Notes: generated by a model not told the origin, from the letters alone. Numbered from the stretch's first letter, positions 9,731 through 20,439 are shown. The stretch is 64,000 nt of DNA from Gammaproteobacteria bacterium (GCA_963422205.2 CAXMWX010000003.1:29623-93622); one strand, 5' to 3'. Made by a program: numbers and translations.

Positions 9731-10602
9731 TCGAAGATTACTGGCCGGCACCGGCGAAGATCAATTTATTCCTGCATATCACCGGCCAGCGCGAAGATGG
9801 CTATCACTGCCTGCAAACTGTGTTTCAATTTCTCAAGCAGCATGACCGACTGTATTTCTCGCCGCGCAAGGATGGCCGGCTGACCAGGCAGGCGAACTAC
9901 TCGCCGGTTGATGAGCAGCAGGACCTGGTGATAAGAGCGGCCAGGGCCTTGCAGCAACACAGCACCTGCGGGCAGGGCGCCGATATCAGGATCGAGAAAT
10001 CATTGCCCGTGGGCGGCGGGCTGGGCGGTGGCAGCTCCAATGCCGCCACCACCTTGCATGCCTTGAATGCCCTCTGGGGCCTGGGCTTGTCGGTTGATAA
10101 GCTGGCCGGGATTGGCCTGTCTTTAGGGGCGGATGTGCCGGTATTCGTGCGGGGGCGTGCTGCCTGGGCGGAGGGCGTGGGTGAGATTTTGCGCCCGATT
10201 GCGCCGCCTGAGCGGTATTATGTGATCATCTGCCCCAACTGCCATGTGATGACAGCACAGGTCTTTGCCGATCCTGATTTGACACGTAACACACCGCCAA
10301 TCACAATATGCGACTTTCTCTCAGGCAAAGGTCATAATGACTGCGAGCCGGTTGTGCGCCGTGCCTATGCACAAGTAGACCAGGCCATGAACTGGCTGGC
10401 GCGGCGGGCCGAGGCCAGGCTCACCGGCACCGGGGCCTGTGTCTTTGCCGGTTTTAACAGCCAGCACAAGGCCGAGGAGGTACTCACCGATTTGCCGGAG
10501 AAATGGGAGGGATTTGTCACCCGGGGGCTGAATACCTCGCCTTTGCTGGAAAAGGCAGCAGGATGCCAGCACAAGACAGAGCAGATTGACGATGGGGTAT
10601 AG
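9715..10602 (+). CDS. ispE: 4-diphosphocytidyl-2-C-methyl-D-erythritol kinase
   Basis: WPAPAKINLFLHITGQREDGYH and the GHMP kinase motif PVGGGLGGGSSNAA. The 3' end overlaps the tRNA by about 10 nt. Confidence 0.95.
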   Translation: MAVRVIEDYWPAPAKINLFLHITGQREDGYHCLQTVFQFLKQHDRLYFSPRKDGRLTRQANYSPVDEQQDLVIRAARALQQHSTCGQGADIRIEKSLPVGGGLGGGSSNAATTLHALNALWGLGLSVDKLAGIGLSLGADVPVFVRGRAAWAEGVGEILRPIAPPERYYVIICPNCHVMTAQVFADPDLTRNTPPITICDFLSGKGHNDCEPVVRRAYAQVDQAMNWLARRAEARLTGTGACVFAGFNSQHKAEEVLTDLPEKWEGFVTRGLNTSPLLEKAAGCQHKTEQIDDGV

Positions 10603-10668
10603 CCAAGCTGGTAAGGCACAGGGTTTTGATCCCTGCATTCCCAGGTTCGAGTCCTGGTACCCCAGCCA
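10593..10668 (+). tRNA. tRNA-Gln (anticodon UUG)
   Basis: Hand-folded cloverleaf: acceptor TGGGGTA/TACCCCA, anticodon stem CAGGG/CCCTG with loop TTTTGAT, T-arm CCAGG-TTCGAGT-CCTGG, and an encoded CCA. Confidence 0.93.
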
Positions 10669-10693
10669 TTTAATCAGCAAGCTGAGTTAAGCC

Positions 10694-11647
10694 ATGTCAC
10701 TAGCCAATCTCATGCTGTTCAGCGGCAGCGCCAACCGGCATCTGGCAGGACAGATTGCCAGCTATTTGAACCTGCCCGCCGGCAAGATCAATCTGGGGCG
10801 TTTCAGCGATGGCGAGGTGATGGTGGAGATCGCTGAGAATGTCCGGGGCCGGGATGCCTATATCCTGCAATCCCTGTGTGCCCCGACGGATGCACATTTG
10901 ATCGAATTGCTGGTGATCGCCGATGCCTTGAAACGGGCATCAGCAGCCTGTATCACCGCGGTGATCCCCTATATGGGCTATGCCCGCCAGGACCGCCGGC
11001 CGCGCTCCGCCCGGGTGCCTATCACCGCCAAGGTGGTGGCGAACATGATTGGCTCGATAGGCATTAATCGGGTGCTGACCGTGGATTTACATGCCGATCA
11101 AATCCAGGGCTTTTTTGAGATGCCGCTGGATAACGTCTATGCCTCTCCGGTGTTGCTGGGCGATATCTGGAAACATAAATATGCCAACCAGATTGTGGTC
11201 TCGCCCGATGTAGGCGGGGTGGTACGGGCACGGGCGATTGCGAAACGGCTGGATGATACGGATCTCGCCATTATTGATAAACGTCGGCCCAATCCGAATG
11301 AATCGGAAGTGGTAAATATCATTGGCGATATCAGCGGCAGAACCTGTGTCATTGTGGATGATCTTGTCGACACGGCGGGCACGCTTTGCAATGCGGCGGC
11401 AGCGCTCAAGGAATACGGGGCAGAGAAAGTGGTCGCTTATTGCACGCATCCGGTGTTGTCGGGTAAGGCGATTGCTAACATCAGGCAGTCAGAACTGGAC
11501 GAGTTGGTGGTCACCGATACCATTCCCCTGCAAAGCGATGCGGCCGAATGCGGCCAGGTGAGGCAGCTTAGTGTGGCAGCGATGCTGGCTGAGAGTATCC
11601 GGCGCATTTCCGAAGGGGAATCGTTAAGCTCAATGTTCGTTGATTGA
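10694..11647 (+). CDS. prs: Ribose-phosphate pyrophosphokinase
   Basis: [13 protein letters not shown]...GRFSDGE...[11 protein letters not shown]...[14 protein letters not shown] motifs. Confidence 0.97.
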   Translation: MSLANLMLFSGSANRHLAGQIASYLNLPAGKINLGRFSDGEVMVEIAENVRGRDAYILQSLCAPTDAHLIELLVIADALKRASAACITAVIPYMGYARQDRRPRSARVPITAKVVANMIGSIGINRVLTVDLHADQIQGFFEMPLDNVYASPVLLGDIWKHKYANQIVVSPDVGGVVRARAIAKRLDDTDLAIIDKRRPNPNESEVVNIIGDISGRTCVIVDDLVDTAGTLCNAAAALKEYGAEKVVAYCTHPVLSGKAIANIRQSELDELVVTDTIPLQSDAAECGQVRQLSVAAMLAESIRRISEGESLSSMFVD

Positions 11648-11711
11648 AGGCTGGTCAGTTGCCTTGCGATTATCCCACAATCACCGGGGCTGGCTGAACG
11701 GCGCCCTACGT

Positions 11712-11740
11712 CCTTGTCTGCTCGCAGGCAAGGGATTTTT
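11712..11740 (+). terminator. Putative rho-independent terminator after prs
   Basis: CCTTGTCTG-ctcg-CAGGCAAGG forms a 9-bp stem with one G-U pair and is followed by GATTTTT. Confidence 0.5.
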
Positions 11741-11763
11741 AACGACAAAACAGGAGTGGTTTC

Positions 11764-12426
11764 ATGCAGCAATTTGAATTAAGCGCCGAGCGGCGTTCAG
11801 AGACCGGCAAAGGGGCAAGCCGCCGCTTGCGCCGGGCCGGTAAACTACCCGGGGTCATCTATGGGGCCGGCAAAGGCGCACAGTCTCTCACGCTGGATCA
11901 TAATGCGATCGCCCACCAGCTGGAAAACGAAGCATTTTATTCCCATATCCTGACCATTAACGTGGGCGATGGCCATGAAAAAGTGGTGCTGAAAGACTTG
12001 CAACGCCACCCCTATAAACCCAGCCTGCTGCACATTGATTTCCAGCGCATTGATGAGAAGGAAAAACTCACCCTGCGCGTACCGCTGCATTTTATCAATG
12101 AAGATCAATGTATCGGCGTGAAGCAAAGCGGCGGGGTGATCAGCCATATCATGACAGAGCTGGAAGTGAATTGTCTGCCAAAGGATTTGCCGGAATATAT
12201 TGACGTTGATCTGCTGCAAACCGATGTGGGCGAGAGCATTCATCTGGCCGACCTGATACTGCCAGAGGGCGTGACAATCCATGCCTTGACACATGGCGGC
12301 GATGCTTCCCTGCCCGTTGTTGCCGTCAATCTGCCACGGGTGGTGGAGGAGGCGGCTGCCCCGGCCGCAATCGATGAGGGTGAGGCGGCGGCAGATGCAG
12401 CGGCTGATACCGGCACAAAATCATAG
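11764..12426 (+). CDS. rplY: 50S ribosomal protein L25 / general stress protein Ctc
   Basis: RRLRRAGKLPGVIYG N-terminus, long Ctc-type form with an acidic Ala-rich tail. Confidence 0.95.
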   Translation: MQQFELSAERRSETGKGASRRLRRAGKLPGVIYGAGKGAQSLTLDHNAIAHQLENEAFYSHILTINVGDGHEKVVLKDLQRHPYKPSLLHIDFQRIDEKEKLTLRVPLHFINEDQCIGVKQSGGVISHIMTELEVNCLPKDLPEYIDVDLLQTDVGESIHLADLILPEGVTIHALTHGGDASLPVVAVNLPRVVEEAAAPAAIDEGEAAADAAADTGTKS

Positions 12427-12492
12427 TCCAGGGATCATACTCTAAGGTGTTTAACAGCTGTTGCACTTGATTTAAATTGCAGCGCCGGGCAC

Positions 12493-13083
12493 GTGCCATC
12501 CAGGATCACATTAATCGCCGGTCTCGGTAACCCGGGTCTTGAGTATGCCAACACCCGGCATAATGCTGGCTTTTGGCTGGCTGACCGGCTTGTGCATCGC
12601 TTTCATGCCTGTTTCTCTATGGAAAAAAAATTATTCAGCGAGCTTGCCCGAATACAGACGGACGACCATGATTTACGGGTGATCAAACCACAAACATTCA
12701 TGAATGAGAGCGGGCGGGCGGTAGCGGCAGCAGCAGATTATTATGCGATAAACAGCGATGAGATCCTTATCGTCCATGATGAGATTGATCTGCCCGCAGG
12801 CATCATCAAGCTCAAACACGGCGGGGGTCACGGCGGCCATAATGGTCTTCGAAGTATCAGCCAGCATCTGCCTGATTGTGATTACTGCCGCCTGCGTATC
12901 GGTGTCAGTCATCCGGGCAGCAAACAGGACGTGACCTCACATGTGCTGGGGCGCCCGACAGCGCAGGATAAAAAACGGATCGACTCGGCCATTCAGCGCG
13001 GGCTTGACTGCATGGATAGGATCTTGGCCGGCGACATCAGCCAGGCCATGTGCCTGCTGCACGCTGAGAAGCCCGCCGGGTAG
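12493..13083 (+). CDS. pth: Peptidyl-tRNA hydrolase
   Basis: LIAGLGNPGLEYANTRHNAGFW signature. GTG start. Confidence 0.95.
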   Translation: MPSRITLIAGLGNPGLEYANTRHNAGFWLADRLVHRFHACFSMEKKLFSELARIQTDDHDLRVIKPQTFMNESGRAVAAAADYYAINSDEILIVHDEIDLPAGIIKLKHGGGHGGHNGLRSISQHLPDCDYCRLRIGVSHPGSKQDVTSHVLGRPTAQDKKRIDSAIQRGLDCMDRILAGDISQAMCLLHAEKPAG

Positions 13084-13130
13084 ACCTAAGGTACGCGCCT
13101 GCCTGTACACCAATGGACAGATAGAGCGTC

Positions 13131-14222
13131 ATGGGATTTAAGTGCGGCATCGTCGGCCTGCCCAATGTGGGTAAATCCACCTTGTTCAATGCCTTGACCA
13201 ATTCCGGGATCAGCGCTGAAAATTATCCTTTTTGTACGATTGATCCGAATGTGGGCATTGTGCCGGTGCCTGATCCTCGGCTGCAACACATTGCTGATCT
13301 GGTAAACCCCGGGCAGGTCATCGCCGCACAGATGGAGTTTGTTGATATTGCCGGCCTGGTCAAGGGAGCATCGACGGGCGAGGGGCTGGGCAATCAGTTT
13401 CTGGCGCATATCCGTGAAACACAGGCCATAGCCCAGGTGGTGCGCTGTTTTACCGATGAGGATATTGTGCATGTCAGTGGCCGGGTGGATCCGCTGGCAG
13501 ATGTGGAGGTAGTCAATACGGAATTATGCCTGGCCGATCAGCAGAGCCTGGAAAAAGCACAGGCGAAGGCGATAAAACTTGCCAGGGGCGGCAGTAAAGC
13601 AGCCCGATCAAAAGCAGCAATGCTGGAGAAGGCGCTGCTGCATATTGATACCGGCAGCCCGATCCGGGCGCTGCGCTTGCCGCCGGATGAGTTAAGCCTG
13701 TTACATGATTTACAGCTATTAACAGCAAAGCCCACCCTCTACATCGCCAATGTGGATGAGGCAGAGGTTGAAGATAACCCATGGCTGACGGCATTGCAGG
13801 ACTATGCCAGGGCCGAGGGCGCCCAGGTGGTGCGTGTCTGTGCGGCGATAGAGGCGGAAATCGCCGAGTTGGAGGAGGCGGATAAAACCGATTTTCTGGC
13901 AGAGTTAGGCGTGACTGAGCCGGGTTTACACCGCATCATCCGGGCGGGGTATGACTTGCTGGGGCTACAGACTTTTTTTACCGCCGGGCCAAAGGAAGTG
14001 CGCGCCTGGACGATCAAACAAGGCGCCCGTGCGCCACAGGCGGCCAGTGCCATACACACGGATTTTGAAAAAGGGTTTATCCGCGCAGAGGTGATCGCCT
14101 TTGCTGATTACCTGAAGTTCAAGGGCGAGCAAGGCGCCAGGGATGCCGGTCGATGGCGGCTGGAAGGCAAAGACTACCCGGTGGCCGATGGCGATGTGAT
14201 GTTATTCCGTTTTAATGTATGA
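13131..14222 (+). CDS. ychF: Ribosome-binding ATPase YchF
   Basis: [19 protein letters not shown]-loop, 363 aa, with the C-terminal TGS-like tail [11 protein letters not shown]. Confidence 0.96.
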   Translation: MGFKCGIVGLPNVGKSTLFNALTNSGISAENYPFCTIDPNVGIVPVPDPRLQHIADLVNPGQVIAAQMEFVDIAGLVKGASTGEGLGNQFLAHIRETQAIAQVVRCFTDEDIVHVSGRVDPLADVEVVNTELCLADQQSLEKAQAKAIKLARGGSKAARSKAAMLEKALLHIDTGSPIRALRLPPDELSLLHDLQLLTAKPTLYIANVDEAEVEDNPWLTALQDYARAEGAQVVRVCAAIEAEIAELEEADKTDFLAELGVTEPGLHRIIRAGYDLLGLQTFFTAGPKEVRAWTIKQGARAPQAASAIHTDFEKGFIRAEVIAFADYLKFKGEQGARDAGRWRLEGKDYPVADGDVMLFRFNV

Positions 14223-14303
14223 GCGTACAGACCGGCCGGGTTGCAGATTAATGCGGCCATAAGGCCGTGAGTTGATTGATCTGTAATACGATTCGCCCTA
14301 AAC

Positions 14304-14355
14304 AGATCACCTGAGTAGATCACCTGGGCAAATCACCAGAGCAGACCAGATGCAA
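14304..14355 (+). repeat. Four tandem 13-bp units (AGATCACCTGAGT / AGATCACCTGGGC / AAATCACCAGAGC / AGACCAGATGCAA) running into the aldolase start codon
   Basis: Read directly. Units 1-2 match at 11/13 and unit 3 at 10/13; unit 4 is degenerate and contains the ATG at 14350. Confidence 0.7.
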
Positions 14356-14994
14356 ATAAAAACAGACATTATTCGATTCGCCCAGTCGCTGCATGACAGC
14401 GGGCTGGGGGTTGGCAAGGCTGGCAATGTCAGCGGTCGAGGCGGGGCGGGTTATTTTATTACGCCGACTGGCATCGCCTATGAATTACTGGATGTGAACA
14501 CGCTGGTGGAAATGGACTTCCAGGGGCAGCGCATCAACAGTGATTTGCTGCCTTCCAGTGAATGGCGGCTGCATCAGGACATATACCGAGCACGATCCGA
14601 GGTGCATGGTATCGTACACACACATTCACCTTATGCCACCGCCGTTGCCTGCACCGGCCAGGACATCCCCGCCTTTCATTACATGGTAGCGATAGCCGGC
14701 GGGAATTCCATCCGCTGTGCCGATTATGCCACGTTCGGCACCCAGACCTTGTCCGATCATGCCATGCAGGCATTGCAGGACCGGCGCGCCTGCCTGCTTG
14801 CCAACCACGGCGTGATTGCTGTCGGCCCGGATGTGGCAACGGCTTTTTATCTCGCCCGGCAAGTGGAAGAGCTGGCAAAACAGTATGTGCTCAGCCGCCA
14901 AATCGGCGAGCCGGTGTTGTTGGATGAGCAGGAGATGGCGCGTAACCTGGAGAAGTTCGCCAGCTACGGCAGGCAGAGTGCCGATGGCAGTTGA
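14350..14994 (+). CDS. Class II aldolase/adducin-family protein
   Basis: Metal-binding His pattern (HGIVHTHSPYATA ... LLANHGVIAVG) typical of the fuculose-phosphate aldolase / MTRu-1-P dehydratase fold. Confidence 0.8.
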   Translation: MQIKTDIIRFAQSLHDSGLGVGKAGNVSGRGGAGYFITPTGIAYELLDVNTLVEMDFQGQRINSDLLPSSEWRLHQDIYRARSEVHGIVHTHSPYATAVACTGQDIPAFHYMVAIAGGNSIRCADYATFGTQTLSDHAMQALQDRRACLLANHGVIAVGPDVATAFYLARQVEELAKQYVLSRQIGEPVLLDEQEMARNLEKFASYGRQSADGS

Positions 14995-15736
14995 GTTTGG
15001 ACTGTGGCAGGCGGTGACCTTATTTTTAGTCGGGATCGCTGCTGGCTTTGTTAATGTGACGGCGGCCGGGGGGTCGATGTTGAGCGTGCCGGTCATGGTG
15101 TTTATGGGCGTACCCGGGCCGGTTGCCAACGGCACCAATCGTATCGCTATCCTGGCACAGAACATCACCGCCGTTTTTACCTTCGCCCGCCAGGGGTATG
15201 CTGATTTCAGGCTGAGCGCGCATCTGGCGCTGGCGGCCTTGCCGGGTGCTATCATCGGCGCCATGATCGGCGCCCATCTGGAGGGGGTATGGTTTAATCG
15301 CCTGCTTGCCATGATCATGATCCTTATGATGCTGTTGATGTCGATGAGGCCAACAGACCGGCAAAGCAGGCAGCGGCCAGTACGCAAACGGCTGGCGTAT
15401 TTTTGTATGTTCCTTGCCGGCCTGTACGGCGGCTTCATACAAATCGGCGTGGGGTTTATCATCATGCCGGCATTGCAGCGCTGCCTGGTGCTGGATCTGG
15501 TGCGTGTGAATATGCACAAGACCTTCATCATAGGTACATACAGCATGGCCGCATTGCTGGTCTTTCACTCCCAGGTGCAGTTGCTGTGGGCCTTGGGCTT
15601 ATCTCTGGCGGCGGGTAATTCGGTTGGCGCCTGGCTGAGCGCACATACACAGATAAAAAAAGGCGAGGGTTATATCCGCATCATCTTAAACAGCGTGTTG
15701 GTCGCATTTATCATCAAGCTGTTGTTTTTCAGCTAG
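14984..15736 (+). CDS. TauE/SafE-family sulfite/anion exporter membrane protein
   Basis: Internal ATG at 14984 gives MAVEFGLWQAVTLFLVGIAAGFVNVTAAGGSML..., a polytopic membrane protein of about 250 aa. The longer 306-aa ORF start overlaps the aldolase gene. Confidence 0.75.
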   Translation: MAVEFGLWQAVTLFLVGIAAGFVNVTAAGGSMLSVPVMVFMGVPGPVANGTNRIAILAQNITAVFTFARQGYADFRLSAHLALAALPGAIIGAMIGAHLEGVWFNRLLAMIMILMMLLMSMRPTDRQSRQRPVRKRLAYFCMFLAGLYGGFIQIGVGFIIMPALQRCLVLDLVRVNMHKTFIIGTYSMAALLVFHSQVQLLWALGLSLAAGNSVGAWLSAHTQIKKGEGYIRIILNSVLVAFIIKLLFFS

Positions 15737-15867
15737 GCGATGCTAGGGGGACAGGCACAGGCAGTAAAGCAGATGATCTGACATGCAGCCATCGGCGGCA
15801 CATTATCCCGCCCTTCATGATGTATCTCATCGGCGGCATTGAATATGACGATCTGGCGAGCAGCAAC

Positions 15868-16740
15868 TCAATACCTTTTGGGTACAAACGTCTGGGTGTG
15901 CATGGCGGCGCGCTTATACCCCTTGCCCTCTTTTAATGGCGGAATCTTCGGCACCACAGGCCTTAAATCTTTATACGGGATCATGCTCAGCAGATGTGCA
16001 ATGCAGTTCAGCCGGGCGCGCTTTTTATCATCCGAGGGCACCACATACCAGGGCGCCTGCGGGATGTCGGTGTGGAAGAACATTTCATCTTTGCACTTGG
16101 AATAATCCTGCCAGCGCGAGCGGGATTCCATGTCCATCGGGCTGAGTTTCCAGAATTTATGCCGCTCCAGCGCACGCGCCTTGAAGCGCCGCTCCTGCTC
16201 TATGTTACTGACTGAGAACCAGTACTTGATCAGGATGATGCCAGAGCGTATCAGGCTGCATTCAAACTCCGGACAAAAGCGCAGAAACTCCTGGCTCTCC
16301 GCATCAGTGCAAAACCCCATCACCTTCTCCACCCCGGCGCGGTTATACCAGCTTCTGTCAAACAACACGATCTCGCCGGCCGCCGGCAGATGAGTGATAT
16401 AGCGCTGAAAATACCACTGCGTTTTTTCTTTTTCGGTCGGGGCCGGCAGCGCCACGACCGTACATATTCGGGGGCTCATGTGTTGCACGATACGCTTGAT
16501 AACGCCGCCTTTGCCGGCGGCATCCCGGCCCTCAAACACGACTACGATTCTGAGCCCTTTCTCTTTCACCCATTCCTGCAACTTGACCAGCTCAACCTGC
16601 AACCGAAACATCTCTTTCTCATAGAACTTCTTCGGCAGCTGCTTCTCCTGCTCGCCCCGAAGCCTGGGGTCATTCTCATGATAGGCATCCAGTATATCGG
16701 GCATGCCATCGTTTGATTCGGTGGTTTTTTTAGTCATCAT
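15868..16740 (-). CDS. ppk2: Polyphosphate kinase 2
   Basis: FEGRDAAGKGGVIKRI Walker A and the PPK2 lid region (RWYFQRY-like WYFQRYITHLP). Confidence 0.9.
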   Translation of the reverse strand: MMTKKTTESNDGMPDILDAYHENDPRLRGEQEKQLPKKFYEKEMFRLQVELVKLQEWVKEKGLRIVVVFEGRDAAGKGGVIKRIVQHMSPRICTVVALPAPTEKEKTQWYFQRYITHLPAAGEIVLFDRSWYNRAGVEKVMGFCTDAESQEFLRFCPEFECSLIRSGIILIKYWFSVSNIEQERRFKARALERHKFWKLSPMDMESRSRWQDYSKCKDEMFFHTDIPQAPWYVVPSDDKKRARLNCIAHLLSMIPYKDLRPVVPKIPPLKEGKGYKRAAMHTQTFVPKRY

Positions 16741-16885
16741 ACGTCTCTTTTCTATGTCGTTGTGTTGCGATCTTCAACTGTGGCGCCCACATAGTATAGC
16801 CTAATGCCAATATATATCTCATGCCGGTGTCCAGGCGGGTTAAATGTCCATGCGGCAACATGAAGGCGATTCTCGCCGTTGTCCT

Positions 16886-16907
16886 TTAACTCTGGCTTAA
16901 CTCTGGC
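16886..16907. repeat. Perfect 11-bp tandem duplication TTAACTCTGGC x2 spanning the trpC stop codon
   Basis: Read directly. The second copy contains the trpC TAA (16897-16899, minus strand). Confidence 0.8.
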
Positions 16908-17706
16908 CGAGTAGCTGCTGTAAGCACCGGCCCGGATCATCCGCCCGCATCAGTACCTCGCCGATGAGAAATACATGCACACCATGTTTTCGCATCATCT
17001 CAATGTCCGTCCGGCGGTGAATACCGCTCTCCGTGACCACGGTGCGATCAGGATAGACATCGATTAGCAAGTCCAGCGTCCTCTGCAAAGAGGTTTCAAA
17101 TGTATGCAGGTTGCGATTATTGATGCCGATCAGGGGCGAGCGCAGCATCATCGCCCGTTCCAGCTCTTCACGATCATGCACCTCCAGCAACACATCCAGC
17201 CCCAGCGCCTCGGCCAGGCCGTGCAACTCCTGCATCTGCCCATCGGTCAGCGCGGCAACGATCAGCAGGATAGCATCGGCACCCATCACCCGGGCCTCAT
17301 ACACCTGATAGGGATCGATGATAAAATCCTTGCGTAATACGGGCAGCCCCGCCGCTTGCTTGGCTTGGGTTAAATACGCATCGCTGCCCTGGAAAAATTT
17401 CTCATCCGTCAAGACAGACAGGCAGACAGCCCCGCCCTTATGATAAGAGTTGGCGATGGCAACAGGGTCGAAATTCTCCCTGATGATCCCCCTGCTGGGA
17501 GAGGCTTTTTTAAGCTCGGCTATCACGGCGACATGCCCCTGCCGCACCTGGCCGCTGATCGCCCGATAAAAGCCCAAGGTCGGCTCGGCATCCGCCGACT
17601 GCTGTTTTATATCTTGCAAGCTGATGTTTAACTGCCTGGCGGCGATCACTTCTTTTTTGCAGACCAGGATATCCTGCAACATGTCATGGCTTGCAGATGT
17701 GGGCAT
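16897..17706 (-). CDS. trpC: Indole-3-glycerol phosphate synthase
   Basis: [12 protein letters not shown]...[11 protein letters not shown]...INNRNL motifs. Confidence 0.96.
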   Translation of the reverse strand: MPTSASHDMLQDILVCKKEVIAARQLNISLQDIKQQSADAEPTLGFYRAISGQVRQGHVAVIAELKKASPSRGIIRENFDPVAIANSYHKGGAVCLSVLTDEKFFQGSDAYLTQAKQAAGLPVLRKDFIIDPYQVYEARVMGADAILLIVAALTDGQMQELHGLAEALGLDVLLEVHDREELERAMMLRSPLIGINNRNLHTFETSLQRTLDLLIDVYPDRTVVTESGIHRRTDIEMMRKHGVHVFLIGEVLMRADDPGRCLQQLLGQS

Positions 17707-17722
17707 GATGATTCCAGTTCGA

Positions 17723-18760
17723 TTATTCTAAAGCCAGGGTATTTGACAGTGTCACCAGCTGCTGCAACCTGGCCTTGGCCGCACCTGAGGCAAGTACCTC
17801 ATCGGCCAGCACCACACCGGCATTAAGGTCATCACACAGCCCGGCCAGATAGATCGCCGCCGCGGCGTTCAACACGACGATGTCGCGGCAGGGGCCGGGA
17901 TCGTTATTCAGCACAGCCTGCATCACGCTATGACTGTGCTCGGCACCATCAACGATCAGAGCCTGCCTGATTATCTTCCTGTCCGTCAGGCCAAAGCCAA
18001 ACCGGGCGGGATCGAGCGCATACTCGCTGATGGTATCATCTTTTAATTCAGCCACCCTGGTCGTCGCACACACACTGATCTCATCCATGCCATCGGCAGC
18101 GCATACCACCATGGCATGACAACTGCCCAGTTGTTGTAATACTTCGGCCAGCGGGCGCACCAGTTCCTCACTGTAGACGCCAACGAGTTGACGCTTGACC
18201 CGCGCCGGATTGGTCAGCGGGCCGAGTACATTAAAGATCGTGCGTATGGCCAACTCGGCGCGCGGGCCGGCGGCATGGCGCATCGCCGGATGATGCTTGG
18301 GCGCGAAGATGAAGCCGATGCCCAACTCCACAATGCAACGGGCGATGCCCTCCGGCGGCAGGTCTATGTTGACGCCGGCCTGTTGCAATACATCGGCGCT
18401 GCCGGAGCGGCTGGAGACAGCGCGGTTGTTATGCTTGGCGATGCGACCACCGGCTGCGGCAATGACAAACGCTGCTGTGGTGGAGATATTAAACGACTGG
18501 CTGCCATCACCGCCGGTGCCAACGATGTCCACCAGATTCGTATCGGCCACGCTGACCGGGGTGGCAAAGTCACGCATGACAGCAGCAGCAGCAGCAATCT
18601 CCGTCACTGTCTCGCCCTTCATCCGCAAGGCGATCAGGAAACCAGCAATCTGCGCCTCGGTCGCCTCGCCCGACATGATCGCCCGCATAACGGCCTGCAT
18701 CTGCCCCTGTTGCAGATCATAACCATCGACAAGCAGCGCTATGGCCTGTTGTATGTTCAT
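17723..18760 (-). CDS. trpD: Anthranilate phosphoribosyltransferase
   Basis: [23 protein letters not shown] and [17 protein letters not shown] motifs. Confidence 0.96.
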   Translation of the reverse strand: MNIQQAIALLVDGYDLQQGQMQAVMRAIMSGEATEAQIAGFLIALRMKGETVTEIAAAAAVMRDFATPVSVADTNLVDIVGTGGDGSQSFNISTTAAFVIAAAGGRIAKHNNRAVSSRSGSADVLQQAGVNIDLPPEGIARCIVELGIGFIFAPKHHPAMRHAAGPRAELAIRTIFNVLGPLTNPARVKRQLVGVYSEELVRPLAEVLQQLGSCHAMVVCAADGMDEISVCATTRVAELKDDTISEYALDPARFGFGLTDRKIIRQALIVDGAEHSHSVMQAVLNNDPGPCRDIVVLNAAAAIYLAGLCDDLNAGVVLADEVLASGAAKARLQQLVTLSNTLALE

Positions 18761-20439
18761 GCCAGGGTCGGTTGGGGTGAGCGAAGATTATCAGCAGGCA
18801 TTTTCCCGGCCCGATACGTTCCATCTATTGCCTCCAACCCAAGATACGCCAGCAGGGACGGGTTTGACGGCTGTTTGATATTGTTAAGGTAATCCAGATA
18901 AATCGGTATGCACTCCAGATGGGAGCGCAGTATCTTGTGTGTATTGAATAATTTTTTATGCAGCCAGTTGATCACATCCAGATTAAAGTATTCCACCAGC
19001 TTGCGGGTTTTCACCAAACGCTGCTCATCAATAATGAGCATGTTGGCACTGTTTAAGATAAACCGCTGTTGCTCATCACAGAAGAACACAAGATCAGAAG
19101 AGATGAAGCGGTAGATGATTTTGCAGGGTGCCTGATACAGCGTGAGCGGTGCCACCTGTTGGTATAGGGAAAAATCTGGCTGGAGGTAATGCGTGGGCTT
19201 TTTGATTCTGCCTTTGCCAATATCCGCCCCCTTAAACACGGGGACAAAGCCTGCTTGCGGATGCTCGACAAGATGTTTTTTATTGTTGCCGGTCACAATG
19301 CCCAGTCCCCATCTGGCCTTGTCTTTAAGCGTGGTGTGTGGTTGTTTGAGCATGAGCGCCAGCGCATCGGCTTCCGTTTCCCTGATGTCGAAATTGATAA
19401 TCGAGAAGGGGTTGTTTGCAAAAGTTGTTTGTCTGTGGGCGGTTGATTTTTCCCCTGAAAGACAATTTATTTTGTTCCCGAAGGCGGCCACCTTTTTGGA
19501 AAAAACAATAGCACTCGCCTTGGTCACGAGGCCCTCAAATGCTTTGCCAAAGTCAATCAACCATGCGATGTTCTGGGCTAATACGATGTTGCGAATCTCG
19601 TGAAATGACTTCACGTTAAAAAATGATTCGGGCAACAACAGCCCTATCTTTCCGTTTTCCTGGACAGATTTTAACATGGCCATCGTAAATAACGCACAAG
19701 AATCAAACGACTGCTGCAAGCCAAACCTTTTGGACAAGACCTGCCTTTGATTCTTAAAATATTTTTTACCCCAGGGCGGGTTGGTGATAAGCACATCGTA
19801 TCTTGCAGCATCGGTCAGGGACAGGAAATCAGCAACCCGCAAATTTTCCCCCTTGTACCCGCTGCGATCAAACAGGCGCCGCCTAGCGATTTCCAGTGCT
19901 ACCGTATCCACCTCATAGCCGGTGAGATGGCGAGGCGACACACCGGCTTCCAGGGCAGCGATTAAAAAATTACCGCTGCCGCAACACGGATCACAAAATC
20001 GGGTTTTTTGATTTAAATCCGCCTTTGCAATCAAGTCCCGACATAATGCCATGGGCGTGTAGTAGACGCCTTGCTTGTTTTTATACGTATTTGAAAGCAC
20101 ATCCTCATACGCCTGTGCCAGTCGGTCGCCATGGTTTTTATCCGCCGGATTGTGCCAGACCTTGTTAAAAATTTCCGCCGCCAGCGGTGCATGATCGTGC
20201 ATTTGAGCATGCTGTTTATTGGCCCTGGCGATGAGCTTCTCATGACCGACAATGTCCTGACAGAATTTCTCGAATGATTGTTTTTTCAGGTAGCCTTTGT
20301 ATTCCGATTTCTCCAGATACCCGGCTTTTATCCAGTTGACTATCGAGGCATGAGAGACGTTGAGCAATGCAGTCGCCTCGGTATAAGAAAGCAGATCAGC
20401 ATGGGCGATGGGATGCTTAAAAAAAAATTTCTGCTGCAT
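18757..20439 (-). CDS. Gamma-class N6-adenine DNA methyltransferase (TaqI/Eco57I-like) with an N-terminal helix-turn-helix
   Basis: Motif I FCDPCCGSGNFL and motif IV VLITNPPWG. The N-terminal LLSYTEATALLNVSHASIVNWIKAGYL is excisionase/MerR-type HTH-like. Likely start is the ATG at 20439 (MQQKFFFK); the ORF stays open up to 20622. Its TGA overlaps the trpD ATG (ATGA). Confidence 0.8.
   Translation of the reverse strand: MQQKFFFKHPIAHADLLSYTEATALLNVSHASIVNWIKAGYLEKSEYKGYLKKQSFEKFCQDIVGHEKLIARANKQHAQMHDHAPLAAEIFNKVWHNPADKNHGDRLAQAYEDVLSNTYKNKQGVYYTPMALCRDLIAKADLNQKTRFCDPCCGSGNFLIAALEAGVSPRHLTGYEVDTVALEIARRRLFDRSGYKGENLRVADFLSLTDAARYDVLITNPPWGKKYFKNQRQVLSKRFGLQQSFDSCALFTMAMLKSVQENGKIGLLLPESFFNVKSFHEIRNIVLAQNIAWLIDFGKAFEGLVTKASAIVFSKKVAAFGNKINCLSGEKSTAHRQTTFANNPFSIINFDIRETEADALALMLKQPHTTLKDKARWGLGIVTGNNKKHLVEHPQAGFVPVFKGADIGKGRIKKPTHYLQPDFSLYQQVAPLTLYQAPCKIIYRFISSDLVFFCDEQQRFILNSANMLIIDEQRLVKTRKLVEYFNLDVINWLHKKLFNTHKILRSHLECIPIYLDYLNNIKQPSNPSLLAYLGLEAIDGTYRAGKMPADNLRSPQPTLA
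20419..20427. repeat. A9/T9 homopolymer in codons 5-7 (FFF) of the gamma-class methyltransferase
   Basis: Counted directly (ggatgctt + 9 a + ttt). Confidence 0.9.

Noticed and set aside
14626-15546. 306-codon ORF antisense to the aldolase and TauE genes.
   Set aside because: It is a shadow ORF in GC-rich coding DNA. It is Arg/Pro/Ala/Gly-rich and has no motifs, and the sense-strand genes have clear family signatures.
18188-18892. 234-codon ORF antisense to trpD, extending into the island junction.
   Set aside because: It is a shadow ORF of trpD. It has an Arg/Gly/Ala-rich composition and no motif.
18761-18900. Search for direct or inverted repeats marking the island ends, compared with 23613-23739 and 20440-20706.
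   Set aside because: I found only short matches of 7-9 nt (for example CTGCTGATA inverted, CTTGCCTG direct), which is within chance expectation. No att-like repeat is claimed.
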